Assembly: GCA_002633005.1 (NCBI GenBank)
Contig: NMRA01000493.1
Span: forward strand, 51,527-110,149
Reading direction: 5' to 3'
Origin: Phoronis australis
Taxonomy: Eukaryota; Animalia; Phoronida
Length of the DNA stretch: 58,623 nt
Positions 23,979 to 36,200 of the stretch are shown piece by piece (the stretch's first letter is position 1; each line of letters opens with the position of its first letter). The notes below the pieces were generated by a model, which made no database searches, was not told where the DNA came from, and worked only from the letters and a program-made list of their open reading frames with translations. The translations under genes and the position numbers were made by a program.

Positions 23979-25328
23979 CCGCCTGTTGCGGTTGTTGATG
24001 GCATTTTGAAGCATTGTGTTGCAATAAGTTTTTGTACAATACTTGTAGAGAAATGAGTTTATTTTTATACTACAGTGTGTTAACAGTACAGCAGACTGAG
24101 AATGGACGAGGCTCTTGCAATACGAGGAAGCTGCATGTTTGTGCAATAATGCTTCACAGTTAGCACACACTATGGTCAAGAAGTAAAATTTTGTTTTGAT
24201 AAATTTCTCCACAAAAATTTTACAAGCATCTTTTGTAGTGTCTAAATGTCATAAAACAAAAAAATTCGCATTATTTGCAAAAAATAATCAGCTATTGAAA
24301 AATGGAAATGATAATTTTTGGAAATTTATTTATTTTTGCATGAAATAAATAGAGATCAGAAGGTTACCATACTTGGTACTATTTACATTGAACAGTTGAA
24401 ATCTGATAACTTAAAAGTTGTTTTGGTTTATCCCAAATTGAAGAATTGCATGTCCTTTATTAGGATCAGTGACGCCTTTAAGGGTCTGGAGTCACCAGTT
24501 TAAGTTGTGACCAACCATGTTTGTGTGATGTGTTTTTTTCCACAGCTACCATCAAACTAACTTTTTAAAGCTTGTGGACTTCCACAATGTAGGAAGCCCT
24601 TAAAAATGAAAAAAAATCATTTTTTGGCAATCATTTTTATCTTAAATGGATGAAATTTCAGCGTAGTATTTTGTGAACATTTTGGGACAACCTTTTACAA
24701 CATAGCCTTACCCGTCTGCTCTTGTGTCTGTTATCCCAAGTGTCGGCTTCATGGTGATGGTGGTGTGTGGTTACTGCTTGAAAGCAATGGATCATGAACT
24801 TTGATTTGGATAATTGATTTGGATCCGTATATATATAAGACTGACGCAGTTTATAGTCGCATCTTAGGATTTACCGAGTTGTTTTTTTAATAGCAATTTT
24901 ATGCGTGAAATTGTAAGACATGTCAAATCTCCATTTCTCTTAAATGACAAAAATCATAATGGTCGTAATTTCATGTTGAAGCAATTTCTCAATGTCTGTG
25001 AAAACATTTGCATTTGTACGTGTTGAACTATAAGTTGCCTTTATTTTGCATTTCTGCAATTAAGGAGTCACAATGCCAAGTCTTTTTATTTTAATGGGTT
25101 TTGTGCCTTGTTTTGAAGGTTCAAGCAATCCTTGTTGGCTGTCAGACTTGTAAAAAATTACTTTGGTATGCAAATGGGTATCATTTGTTTGCTGCAGGCG
25201 TGCGGGTACTTTGCCAAGACTGCTTTCTTTCCTTGGCTGTCAAGTTGTGCACTGGTAATAAGGCTTGGTACTCCTGTTTAGGACACAGTAATGTAGAAAA
25301 TTGTATTTCTCAGGAAATACAATTGTTA

Positions 25329-25748
25329 GGAAGCATTCACATATTACGTGTTGTCACTTGCCATATTTTACCCCTCTCCCCCGTCATCGCCCGTCATGAT
25401 ATAGCCCCCCTCCTCCTGTCCGGCCTCTAATTACCTCATCAAAGTCAATCCCCTCTTTTTGCCAGAACTGACAGTATTGTTGGAGATTCCATCTACTAGT
25501 ACATGTATATGACTCTGATGTCAAACTGTCTCTTTATCATCGTAACTTGACATATTTGGTGCTGTTGTATTTAGCAATGAAATAAAGTACGCAATATCAA
25601 GACTATCAAACCCATACTGTGATGAAGAAATTTTAATAAACCAGATGGTGATGACGTCACCACAATGGTAACTCCCTTCCCCTGTCATCAATAGTCATCT
25701 TTCCAAGCCCTCTCTAGTGTAGAGTAATGACATTAAGTGAACGCTCCC
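25329..25748. mobile_element. PIF/Harbinger-like MITE
   Basis: TIRs GGAAGCATTCAC / GTGAACGCTCCC (10/12 match); TTA on both sides. Confidence 0.6.
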
Positions 25749-26069
25749 TTAACATTGTCCATACTTTACAGATTCGACCAGACAGGAGTTAAGTATAATT
25801 TTGTGTATTCACGATGAAGCAAGCCTTTGCAAGTTATTCATCAATCTTGGAAATTATTTTTATCTCAAAATTGAAGATTTTACTGCACTTTAAATATCAA
25901 ACCGAACTATGAAAAAATTATGACAGCTCTAAGCAAGTTCAAAGTTTATTTTTTCTCCTTTGACCTGTTATTTATATTGGAGAATTTAGTTCATTCGACA
26001 ACATAAACAAAACGTGCAATTTTCACGTTGCGACCAATGGTCTCATAAGCCAGGTTCTGTTTTCTGTAG

Positions 26070-26233
26070 ACCAACCAATCAAACTGGTGTTGAACCTTAA
26101 AGTGCCCAGCGGAACTGAGAATGAGGCTTTGCCCTCTTATCCACCTCCAGACAGTGAAGAGCGACATAAGAAGCATAAGAAGAAGAAGAAGAAACACAAG
26201 CATCACCACGATGAAAGAAAAGAAGAACGGAAG
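26070..26233 (+). CDS. BRD7/9: BRD7/9 exon 2
   Basis: gtag|AC..AAG|gtaag; PIKLVLNLKV and a basic K/H tract like KPLKLVLKV...KKKKK. Confidence 0.92.
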
Positions 26234-27126
26234 GTAAGTGAAAAGTTTTACTGTTTATGCATTATAGGTCATGAATGTGAAACTATATTCAGGTCAACTC
26301 TTACCCTTTGAAGTTAAGTGAAGAAATTATGAGGAGTTGACTGGGGTATGAGCTGACTAGTGCGCATATTGACTTGGAGACATGTTGACTACGGTGCAAA
26401 CTGATTCAGGTACGAATTGTCTAGAGTAGGTGTTGTCTTGGTTACGAGTTGACATTGGTGTTGACTTGGCTTCATGTTCACGGTTGACGTGTGTACGAAA
26501 TGTCGAGCCTCCGTGTCTAGCTATTGTTTTGTAACAGATGTTATCGAGGTTTTTCTGTAGATAAGCCCACCCAATGAAACGCCCATGGCTGTTTATTTGG
26601 TGCTACAACTTCTGTTGTCAAGCGTCCAGATGGTGGGGCGTTTATTGAGAAATTTTCCTCTTAAAAGTCCATTCCCATTCAACTTTTTGTCACAAATTCA
26701 ATTTTATGAAACATTCGTCATTTATAAAAACGAGCAAGGTGATGGCAAACTATGCATTTGTTAACATGAATTTTAAAAACACAGTTTTAAGTAAAATATG
26801 TAAAAGTCATCAAAACTATCATGACTTTCTGTTTACATGCCCCCTTTTCCGAATAAAGGCTTAGCCGTTTCTTTGGTGTTACTAAAATGCGTGAAAATTT
26901 TCATTTTCCGAATACATGCCCTTATCTACAGAAAATCCCAGTAGTATAGTGTGCTGTTATTTTCAATTGAATTGTGGGACAGTTGTCATTTCCTAAACAT
27001 CCAGTGACATCACAGATAACTTGTGGGCGTATAACTGAAGAAAGTTTAAAGCTCAGCTTTGAAATTATCAGTTGCACCAAATATGAGGACTTAGTCGTCG
27101 TAGAGCTGTCATTCCTTATGTTATAG

Positions 27127-27326
27127 GAGAAGGTGAGCAAACGAGAACACTCTGAAACTGAGGTGGACATCACGGACTCGTCCGAGGAGCCATCCGTTAA
27201 GAAGGCGCTTCTGGACGATGCTGTGCTTAAGAGGTTACGTGAGCCACGAAGCTGCACGGTTGGCAGATCGGGAGAATCGGGAACCCTCAAGGCATGTCTG
27301 GATTACATTCAAAGAACGCTGCAAAG
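27127..27326 (+). CDS. BRD7/9: BRD7/9 exon 3
   Basis: atag|GAG..AG|gtttg; ...REPRSCT...LKACLDYIQRTLQR (start of bromodomain helix Z). Confidence 0.9.
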
Positions 27327-27834
27327 GTTTGCATCAGAGTTTTTCATTAAATATTTAGCAAAACAATGTTGAAAGCATGTTACAGCATGGATTTAAAAAT
27401 GCCACTGAATTATGTATGTTTAACACTAATTAAGCTTTTTGTCAGTGGCCACTTATTGAAATATGAAGGAGTCCTAGTGCTATAAATCGTATTTACTGAT
27501 GAGAGCATTTAATTGGCATTTCAACTGTTGTGGAATTTGAAGAACGCCGCTGAGAATGGCCGAAAGGTCAACTATGTGTAAGAAAAGAGAACACAGTTAC
27601 TATCTGATGCTTTGTAATGTCAGTGACACATATTTGTGATGCCGCAGTTATTTGAAGTCGGGGCTTTAAAAGGACATTCTCCTTTTGCGCCCAAAACACA
27701 TTTTTGGGACTGTTCAATGGTTTTGACTTCTTGAAGTTACTAATTTTGAGTGGATGTATAAAAAACAAAATCCTTTGTGTTCTGTAATTTTATTACAAAT
27801 CCCCAATTCTCACCATTGTCCACTCGACATTCAC

Positions 27835-29371
27835 CAAGGCTTGGAATTTCCGCTTTTTTCTTTTATTCCCTCCGCGTATTTTCGTTATACTTCCGCGTAA
27901 AAAAATCGGATTTGCCATAAAATTATCGCGGCAAATTGTTTTCTCACCACGGCGTTGCCGACGGCTCGAAAGGGGGAAACTGCTCTTTATGTTTCGGAGG
28001 AACGAAAATTGTAATTGCGGATCACAGGCGCTCGAATTTCTCGTAACCATATACAAGAAACATGCTTTCTTAGTAGTGAGTGACTTCAGAGGCAATCGAG
28101 GAACAGATAAATTCAAGCGCCTGTGCGTGGGATAGTGTAGTTCATCAATGGCGTCTGCATTTGGTATAAAATCGCGGTGACAAATAGTGCGATTCTGCGG
28201 TCAAAAATGTGTTGAGTAGACAGAATATTTCGTGGAAAAGTGGACAAAAGAAACGGTCAATGTCTTCACAAACAACATAAGTCAAGGTTTGTGCTCTGTA
28301 AACTTTTGAGAGAGGAACTATTACGGAGTGCGTGGGCGAGTCGCCTCGGACTAAGTTGGAGTCGGAGGACCGACTCAAAACGATGAAACACTAGAAATAA
28401 CAACGCTTCCTGAAAGGAAATTCAATCGTTGGATTAGAATCATGGGATGTGACTGATGTATGAAATTCTTTTGTTTGATCCCACATGCACGCCCGTTGCC
28501 GTTGGCTGCTAAGCCCTAATGCCTGACCGCCGGAGTGCTATTTTCTACGTGCCCCCGAAACGGGATACAAAGTGCTATTATGGTTACTGAAATGCGTTTT
28601 AAATTGCCTTTTATGTGTTTCAATTTATTTTGACATTTTTGTGACTCGAGTTTTGCAGTTTTAGAGAAGTGATCACGTGACGGATTCTGAATGATCTGAT
28701 TGATCTTAGCCATTGTTTACAAATTCTGCCAGACTATTTTCAGTGTCCTGATAGTTATTTCTTATGTCACATAGTTTCTTCTGCACCAGCGTGGCTTATG
28801 AACAATTGATTCACGTAATTACTGTTTGAAACTGAAAATTTTGGCCAACTTAGGATTGTGATTGATGCATTCTATAAAGTATGTTGTTTTTGACTTTCAT
28901 TTTTCCATGCTAACAGTTGGGGTATGAGCCACAGGTTTTCACCCTGCCGTTTTTCCATTTGCGTTGGAATTAAACATTTTTTGTTGGAATTAAATGTGTA
29001 TGTATTTCAGCCTTTCTAGATAATCTATGGATTGATGTTTAATTTTTTTTGTAATTTTGTATCGTAATTATAAGAATTGAAAATAATTTTATAGGTCTCC
29101 CTCAGTGCAGCAAATCAAGAATATGCTCCTGCCACTCAGACTACAAATTTTTTATCATTATCTTTATTATTTTAATTTTAAAAATATTTTTGTTGCATCT
29201 AATTGCCCTCATTGTTGTTGCTGAAATAGATGTCAGATACTGCTTAAGATGAGTGCGTTTTGCCAACACGACACAGTAACTTTCGATCTGTTGAGGTATG
29301 GTTTAGATTGAAATGTGTATTTAGGGCCGTAAAAATTTCCTCTTTTTTGTCATGGGTCATTCCAAGCCCTG
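27835..29371. mobile_element. Non-autonomous hAT, internal-deletion derivative of the 31129-37879 element
   Basis: TIRs CAAGGCTTGGAAT / ATTCCAAGCCCTG; first ~120 bp match 31129-31265, the rest matches about 36408-37879. Confidence 0.85.
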
Positions 29372-29702
29372 AAACTAGCTCTAGTTTTCAGTGGCGAAAT
29401 CACTGTTACATTTGGTTTTCAGCAATTGCTTATTTCCTCACCACAAGAGTTGCTTTTGAAGTAAAAATTAGTGTAAAAACGTATTCCCTCCATGCAATCC
29501 GCTGATTGGCAAAAGCAAACTAAGGCATCCTCCTTAGCTAGCCAGCTAGTTGTAGTTAGACTAGCGTCAAAATACAGCTAGGTAGCGTTCAAGGTATTTT
29601 GTGAACGGTGTAGGAATGACACACCAATCACAAAGGCGTAGATTGAAGAGACTGAATCAGGTACTAACACAACCTTTAGGGGGCTGCTAAAGTCATGTTT
29701 AC

Positions 29703-29931
29703 CAGGGCTTGGAATTTTCCTCTTTTAAGAGGATTTCCTCTTTTTTGGTTGGGTTTCCTCTTTTTTGATGTCTATTTTCCTCTTTCTTGTCTCTTTTTTG
29801 TCATTATTTTGACTTGATTCATGCAAAAAGGGTTTATTTCAGTTAAATTTTACACAAGCCTATTTATTTTTGGAACAATACATCATCTAGAAAATTTTCC
29901 TCTTTTTTGTCATTGGTCATTCCAAGCCCAA
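29703..29931. mobile_element. Short hAT MITE with the same TIR family
   Basis: CAGGGCTTGGAAT...ATTCCAAGCCCAA; subterminal TTTCCTC repeats. Confidence 0.75.
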
Positions 29932-30851
29932 ATTCACTGAAATCAAGGCTGGTGTCCTTATCATTTAAAAACGCTTAAAATATTCTGCTATTTGGTGCAG
30001 TGACAGTATTCAGAAGCTATTGCACAGCGATTTCACGCGACTGCTAATTTCCTTAAATTTACATTAAATTTTCTTTCCGAGAATGTCCCTTTAAGGTTCC
30101 TGACACTTCAGTACGAGGATATCTGTATGTTCCATCAAGGAATCCTATAATAAGTGTTTCTCCTGAGGCTTCAGTACCAGGATGTCTCTATGTTCCACCA
30201 AGGAGTCCTAGTGTTTGCTAGGAGTGGATGTTTTTTGTTGTTCCTTTGACAATGCTAAACTCTCTAGACTGCATGTGGCTACAACAATCCAAGACTGAAT
30301 GAGCCAACCAGCTCCTTTGCGTCAGTTCATGGGTAACACAATACGAGACCAATTATCCTCTTCATAAGCCCTTTCACATCAAAACCGTGGTTGTAACGGC
30401 TGAGCTCATCTTAATATTTTACGGTAAATCGACCTAGGGTTGGGCCGAAATGGGCAGCTTTGGCCAAAAACCTTGGTTTGAGTGCAGCACTGTCCATGAA
30501 GTTCATCCTCATATTGTAACAATTGTTACTCTGTTTTATTTTTTGTGTCAAAATTGTTGAGCACGTAGTGTGAACTTCGCCAGCGTTACATATCCATGAG
30601 ACACTGAAGTGGTTGGAAGAGACACCAAAATCACTATCTGAGTCCGTAATCACTCTTAAGCTGTGTGATATATTGTTGTATGCAACTGTTGTGTTAACTT
30701 TGACCTCTCCCAGATGGCTATATCTTTCCTGTTATTGTTTCCTAAATTATACGTGATTAGCATTTTACGGCCTTTATTTTTAATTCAACACATCAGTTCT
30801 GTTACAAATCTTATTTTCTGATGTGATTGATTTTTTCTATGTGTTCTCCAG

Positions 30852-30996
30852 GAAAGACTCAAATGGTTTCTTCGCCTACCCCGTCAATGACATCATAGCC
30901 CCCGGTTATTCTAGCATCATTTCACAACCCATGGACTTCAGCACCATGCAGAATAAGATTGACAAAGACGTGTATGACAATGTCATGGAATACAAG
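30852..30996 (+). CDS. BRD7/9: BRD7/9 exon 4 (bromodomain ZA loop)
   Basis: ccag|G..AAG|gtatg; KDSNGFFAYPVNDIIAPGYSSIISQPMDFSTM. Confidence 0.96.
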
Positions 30997-32049
30997 GTAT
31001 GCTCAAATACTGCTGAGGCAACAGTGCAGATCTCGTGCTTGAGTCTGTGTGTTTGTGAGAAGTGCACTTCACTGCTTGTGTGGTTATGTTTGTTTGAAGA
31101 GCCATGACTTGCTGTCTCTCAGTCTTACCAAGGCTTGGAATTTTCCGCGGAAACGCGATTTCCGTTTTTTCTCTTATTCTCTCCACGTATTTTTGTTATG
31201 TTTCCGCGGAAAAAAATCCAATTTGCCATAAAATATAGTAGCAAATTGGTTTCTCACTGCGTCGTTGCTAGACCTGTGTACCGCCAAAACTGCACTGGAG
31301 TACTGTGAACACCAGATTTGCAGATTTTCCAGTAAATTTGCTGATTTTTCGCACACAGACTAAACATATATTGGGGGCTCGAATTTTTCCCAGTGCGCAG
31401 TGGACCTTTCACTACAAAAAAAGTTCGTTCAGGGCTATGAAATGTGTATTGGCCAAGTTCTTGCCCTTTTTAGTGGACTTTCGTCACTGCCAAATAGGGG
31501 ACTCATTCGAGCCCCCCCCCCCCTGGGTATGTGCATGGGTACTTTTCCTACTTACTTGCCTCTGTAACAGTTTCTAAATTACAGCAGTGAATTGATCAGC
31601 ACTTTTCAGAATAACCTAAGGTGTTTAGTTGAGGGTCAAGGCACTCAGTGAAAAGATCTAGTTAATCAATAGAAAAGGTCCTTACTAAACTTACATGCCT
31701 AATGTACACCCGAGTCATTTCTTAACACAAAAACATATCTGCAAAAAGGTTTTTATGAATCTGCACCAGACAATGTTTTACACCAGTTGATATATTCTAA
31801 ACCATTAACGAAAGTTTTGAATAATTATTCATTGTAAGTGTCTGTGAACAGGTACCACGGTACTGCCTGAGTGTTAAAAAACCTTGAGTATTACCGTCAG
31901 CGCAACATGCTATGAAGTCAGTGCAGTCACCATGGCCACAAAAAAACCACACGCTATACAACTTGCAGAGTGTAAATTCCACGGTTCCTTCCATAAGACA
32001 TTGTCATTCTTTGGAATAACGTGTCGAAAACAGATGTTTCCTTCTTTCA

Positions 32050-35000
32050 GAAGCTACTTTCTTCACAGCTCGGAACATGCGGCCATTCATGCTTTGGCAG
32101 TTAAACTGATATGCATAACAGAGTCAATAAAAAATTCAGTTTAACGAGTAACACCTCTTTGAAGAACTTAGGTAACTTCAAAATACTGTCGCAAACGATC
32201 GAAGAATTCTTCAATGCGTTTACTTTGCAAACGATTGTGCTCTTTATTTGCAATAAAGTCACGAGCTTGCTGCCCAATCAAAATATCAGCATCAGTTTTC
32301 TGGTTGGCTCAATCCGCATAGTTGACCTGTGACGAGGATTTATCAGCAACAGCAACCGGCTTCAAGAATCTGCTGTACAAAGCCTCAGTAATACACCATC
32401 ATACACCTTCACAGTGTATTCGAGAAACAAACAGATGAGCTTGTTAGTTGGGGACTTCAAGAAGTTGGCAATGCTCTCAATCTGCAGATGATCCACCTAC
32501 TTCAACCTCTTCCACAGTTTTGCCCTTCTGGGAACTCCTTTCCTTCTTTGTCTGGTGGTCAGCAGCCTTTTTTTCCACCAGCTCCACAATAAGCTGAGTG
32601 ATTGGGCCCCAGTTATGCAGCAGCCATTGAATGAATCTGGATCAAGCAATAGGTCTTCAGTTATTAAAAGCAGACATAATTGCCAATGTGTCATTTTATG
32701 GATAAGAAGTAGTCAAATCTCGTTACAACCAACCTGGTCACTTACAACGTTCTATTCTCTAAGTACCAAAGCAGCTGTATTGTATACAAAATACCTTTGG
32801 TTAGAGCAAACTTTGGTTCCAATAAGCAGCCAAGAAACTGCAAAGTCGTTTTTCTTAATCTTTTACTAATTGACCTATTGCCAGTATTATGCCTGACGAC
32901 TTAACTAAGCAATCAGAACTCAGCATTCTCGACACAACTTTGTCTGCATTTCCAAGCCGCCATTTTACCCGACAAACAACGTCGTTGTCAGTAAAGCTCG
33001 AGAAGAATATCACGTCATTTTGGGGGAATTTCTCAAGCCGAAAAGTGTTGTCAACAGGACATTTTTATTATTTTTCATTATTACCCGTGTGGGGTTCTTC
33101 AGATTTTCGCTGGCTCCGAAAAAATTTTTCCTCAAGCACTTATTTTTTCATCGTCGCTGCTTTACAAATTCCCAAGTCATGAACGTACGATTCTCAGCTG
33201 AAAAGTACCACCTGTTGTCTTTGTCGAAGCGTTTTCGGAAAGTGCAAAAAACGCTCATCAATTCCACCAGGAACATCGTTTAGCGACAGTGTATTTGCCT
33301 CTGACATCTTGTTTGTTTGTCGGGTATCATGTGACTTTTTGCAAGGAGGCGGAGTTTACGATAGGTCAATTGCAAATAATCACATTCCTTAATGCAACAC
33401 TGAGCGCACCAGAATAATGCAAACATGAGTTACCTACTACGCTGGTTGTAAAAAAGTCAATGAATTTTTGACGACAAAAGTTGGGAGGAGTGGCCCATTA
33501 AATTGAGACTAACCTGGCAATACTGTCATCTTGTGCATCCATGCTTGAGCATCCTCAGATGATCCACATGGTGAAACTCTTGCAAATCTTTGAAGTGGGA
33601 TTGTCTCAAAGTACTCTACTTGAAGAAGTAAAAGATATCGAGCAAAACTTCCTCAATAGGTGGGATGCAAGCAGCTCCCTGAAATGCATCAATTTATATT
33701 TTTTGAATATTGCTGTTGTTACTTTTTGTAGACCACTTGTGAGATAGCATCATGTGTGCATCATGTTGGAGAACAAAAATAAACACACTTATTCTGACTA
33801 TCTTGCAAATGGTCTCCAGGGTTATTTCACTAAAATGTCAAAGTATATTATACTGTTTCCTTTGCAAAAGAATTGGTCAAAAGTCTTTGTGTAAAAATGT
33901 GGTAAAGTTATGACATTTCTGTAAAACATGCCCTTGGATCGTAATGAAGTATCAGCAATACAACATTCAAAACAAAACAATAACCATATAACAAAACACA
34001 AAAGACTGCGAATTAAAACAAAACAGCAACAAGTTGGACAATACTTTTATTCTACCTTCTTGGCACCAATATGGACCAAGTGCAGGGCACAACCTGCAAG
34101 GTACGCTTCCTTTTACTCGGCAGCAATAAAGGCAAAAGCACCTTTGTGTTTTCCTATCATAACAGCGGCATTGTAACAGCCGAAGGCCACAAGAGTGTCC
34201 CATGACACACGTTGCACATCAAGCTCGTCACTGATCAACTTGAATATGTTTTTACCTATAAACAATTTTAAATAATAGAAGATCCGTTGAAGTGGAAATA
34301 TTGCTATGTTCTTCTAACATAAATTACAATTTAGCAACTTGAGAAAAATTCTGGTCATAGCAGCCCAAAAAGCATCATATGGGAGAGCTATCATATGGGA
34401 GGCAGTTGACTCTTTTGATGAATTTTAACGTGAAGAGAGTACTAAGAGTTAAGTCTGTAATGAGCATCAAGCATACAAACCTGTAGCAGACCCTTCGCAG
34501 ACCTTCAACGCCAGCAAATGAGAGTCAACCCCAAAAGTCTTGATTACCATTGGAAAAAATTTATTGTGGTCGTCATTGCCACCATCAGTGGCTAAAGTGA
34601 ATGGACAGCCATGCAGGTTTGCAGCAGTCTGCTTCATAGAGATGGTGGACATTTCTTTTAACATAAAAGTCACTTTAGTGCAACCACACTGCATGCCTAG
34701 GATTAAAAATTCAATTAAGTTCAGTTCAAATGACTCCTATGACAAAATTATTGTCTAGATACGAACCATGCAGTTGTGCTGTTAAGTCAAGCACCAGTGA
34801 ATTTTTCTCTTCATACAGACCTTTATGTAAGTTTTATCATATCTATTTAGAAACCAAACCCTAACATACAAAATGACATACCAATATACAGCACTGCTAC
34901 AACAGGCATAATGTGAATTTTGACTAAATAATGTGCGAACAATAGTTACTAAACAGCTTTAACAAGTCAAGTTCAGATACAATAAAATAAGTTCACAATG

Positions 35001-35781
35001 AGGACGACTTGAAAAAATTTACATCTTTTGCATATTTTGTTAAAGTATTTCACCTAAAATGAGTTGAATATGTGGCACTAGTTGGATATAACGGTCCCTG
35101 ATTTAGAGAAACGGTTTCATCCACTAAGTAACTGATCCGTTATTCAGTGAGTGCCTGGTTCTCTAAATCAGGGACCACTATATCCGACTATTGCCGAATC
35201 TGTCTGATAAATAATGCGTATTACTATGAACAACACCCCTTTGATTTGCAATGCAAGCACCAAATTGCTAATGCTGAACACTGCTTTTTCTCTTCATTGA
35301 TTTCTGCACATGGTGCTAATAGTTCAGACGACATCTATGGTCAGAACAGGTTAACAAATACAATACAAACCTTGTGCAATTTTACGGTCTGGAAACATTT
35401 TCTTCAGCAGACTTGTGAACTTGTGCCCTGTACTCAGAGGCAAATTTGATTCTGCGATAAAACAGCACATATTCACCTCAGCCTTTTTGACGCTGAGTTC
35501 GTCGTTGTCAGTCTTTTTTCCACAGCCCAGCGATGGATTGTTGCCCTTTATCGGACTGCACAAGTTGTTGATGAGCCTTGCTCTCGACGTGACACAGTCA
35601 CTACGGCCAACATGAGCACAAGAGAATATCAAGTCGCACACCTTGCAATAAGCAGTCGACGGACCCTTCTGGATCGGGCATGGCCTTTCATCAGAGTATT
35701 TATAGGCAAAAACTGTTGTTCTCTTTTTTCCATTTTCCTTGGACCCATGCCACTGGAACCTGAGCAAAACTGCTTCGCCAT
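32050..35781 (-). pseudogene. Intron-containing hAT transposase pseudogene
   Basis: Exons about 35781-35371 (YCKVC BED-like, AE..FIAESNLP..MFPD), 34696-34481 (CGCTK, FTLATDG), 34255-34056 (GCYNAAVMIG, GCALH, internal stop), 33678-33514 (LKHGCTR* for the RW motif) and from about 32640 down; 3' limit approximate. Confidence 0.85.
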
Positions 35782-36200
35782 GTTGACATTCACGGGACTA
35801 ACCGGATACAGCCGGAATCAAACGAAGTAAATTATCAACCAATCACCGAAGTCGTTGCTTAAAGGTTAGGCCTGTGACACACGACCCGGTGGAAGAGGCC
35901 TTGCGATATGCTGATTATCAGGCTATTTTGAGAATGAAATGAAGCAAGTTTCCAAGTTCGTAGCCCCACTTTTTGGGCTAAAATACTGCTTCGCCATTTT
36001 GACATTCACGGGACTAACCGGATACAGCCGGAATCAAAGGAAGTACATTATCAACCAATCACCGAAGTCGTTGCTTAAAGGTTAGGCCTGTGACACACAA
36101 CCCGATAGAAAAGGCCTTGCGATTTGCTGATTATCAGGCTATTTTGAGAATGAAACGAAGCAAGTTTCCGAGTTTGTAGCTCGACTTTTTGGGCTAAAAT
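35769..36200. repeat. 216-bp tandem duplication covering the transposase start and promoter
   Basis: Units 35769-35984 and 35985-36200, each with CCAAT and a minus-strand ATGGCG. Confidence 0.9.
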
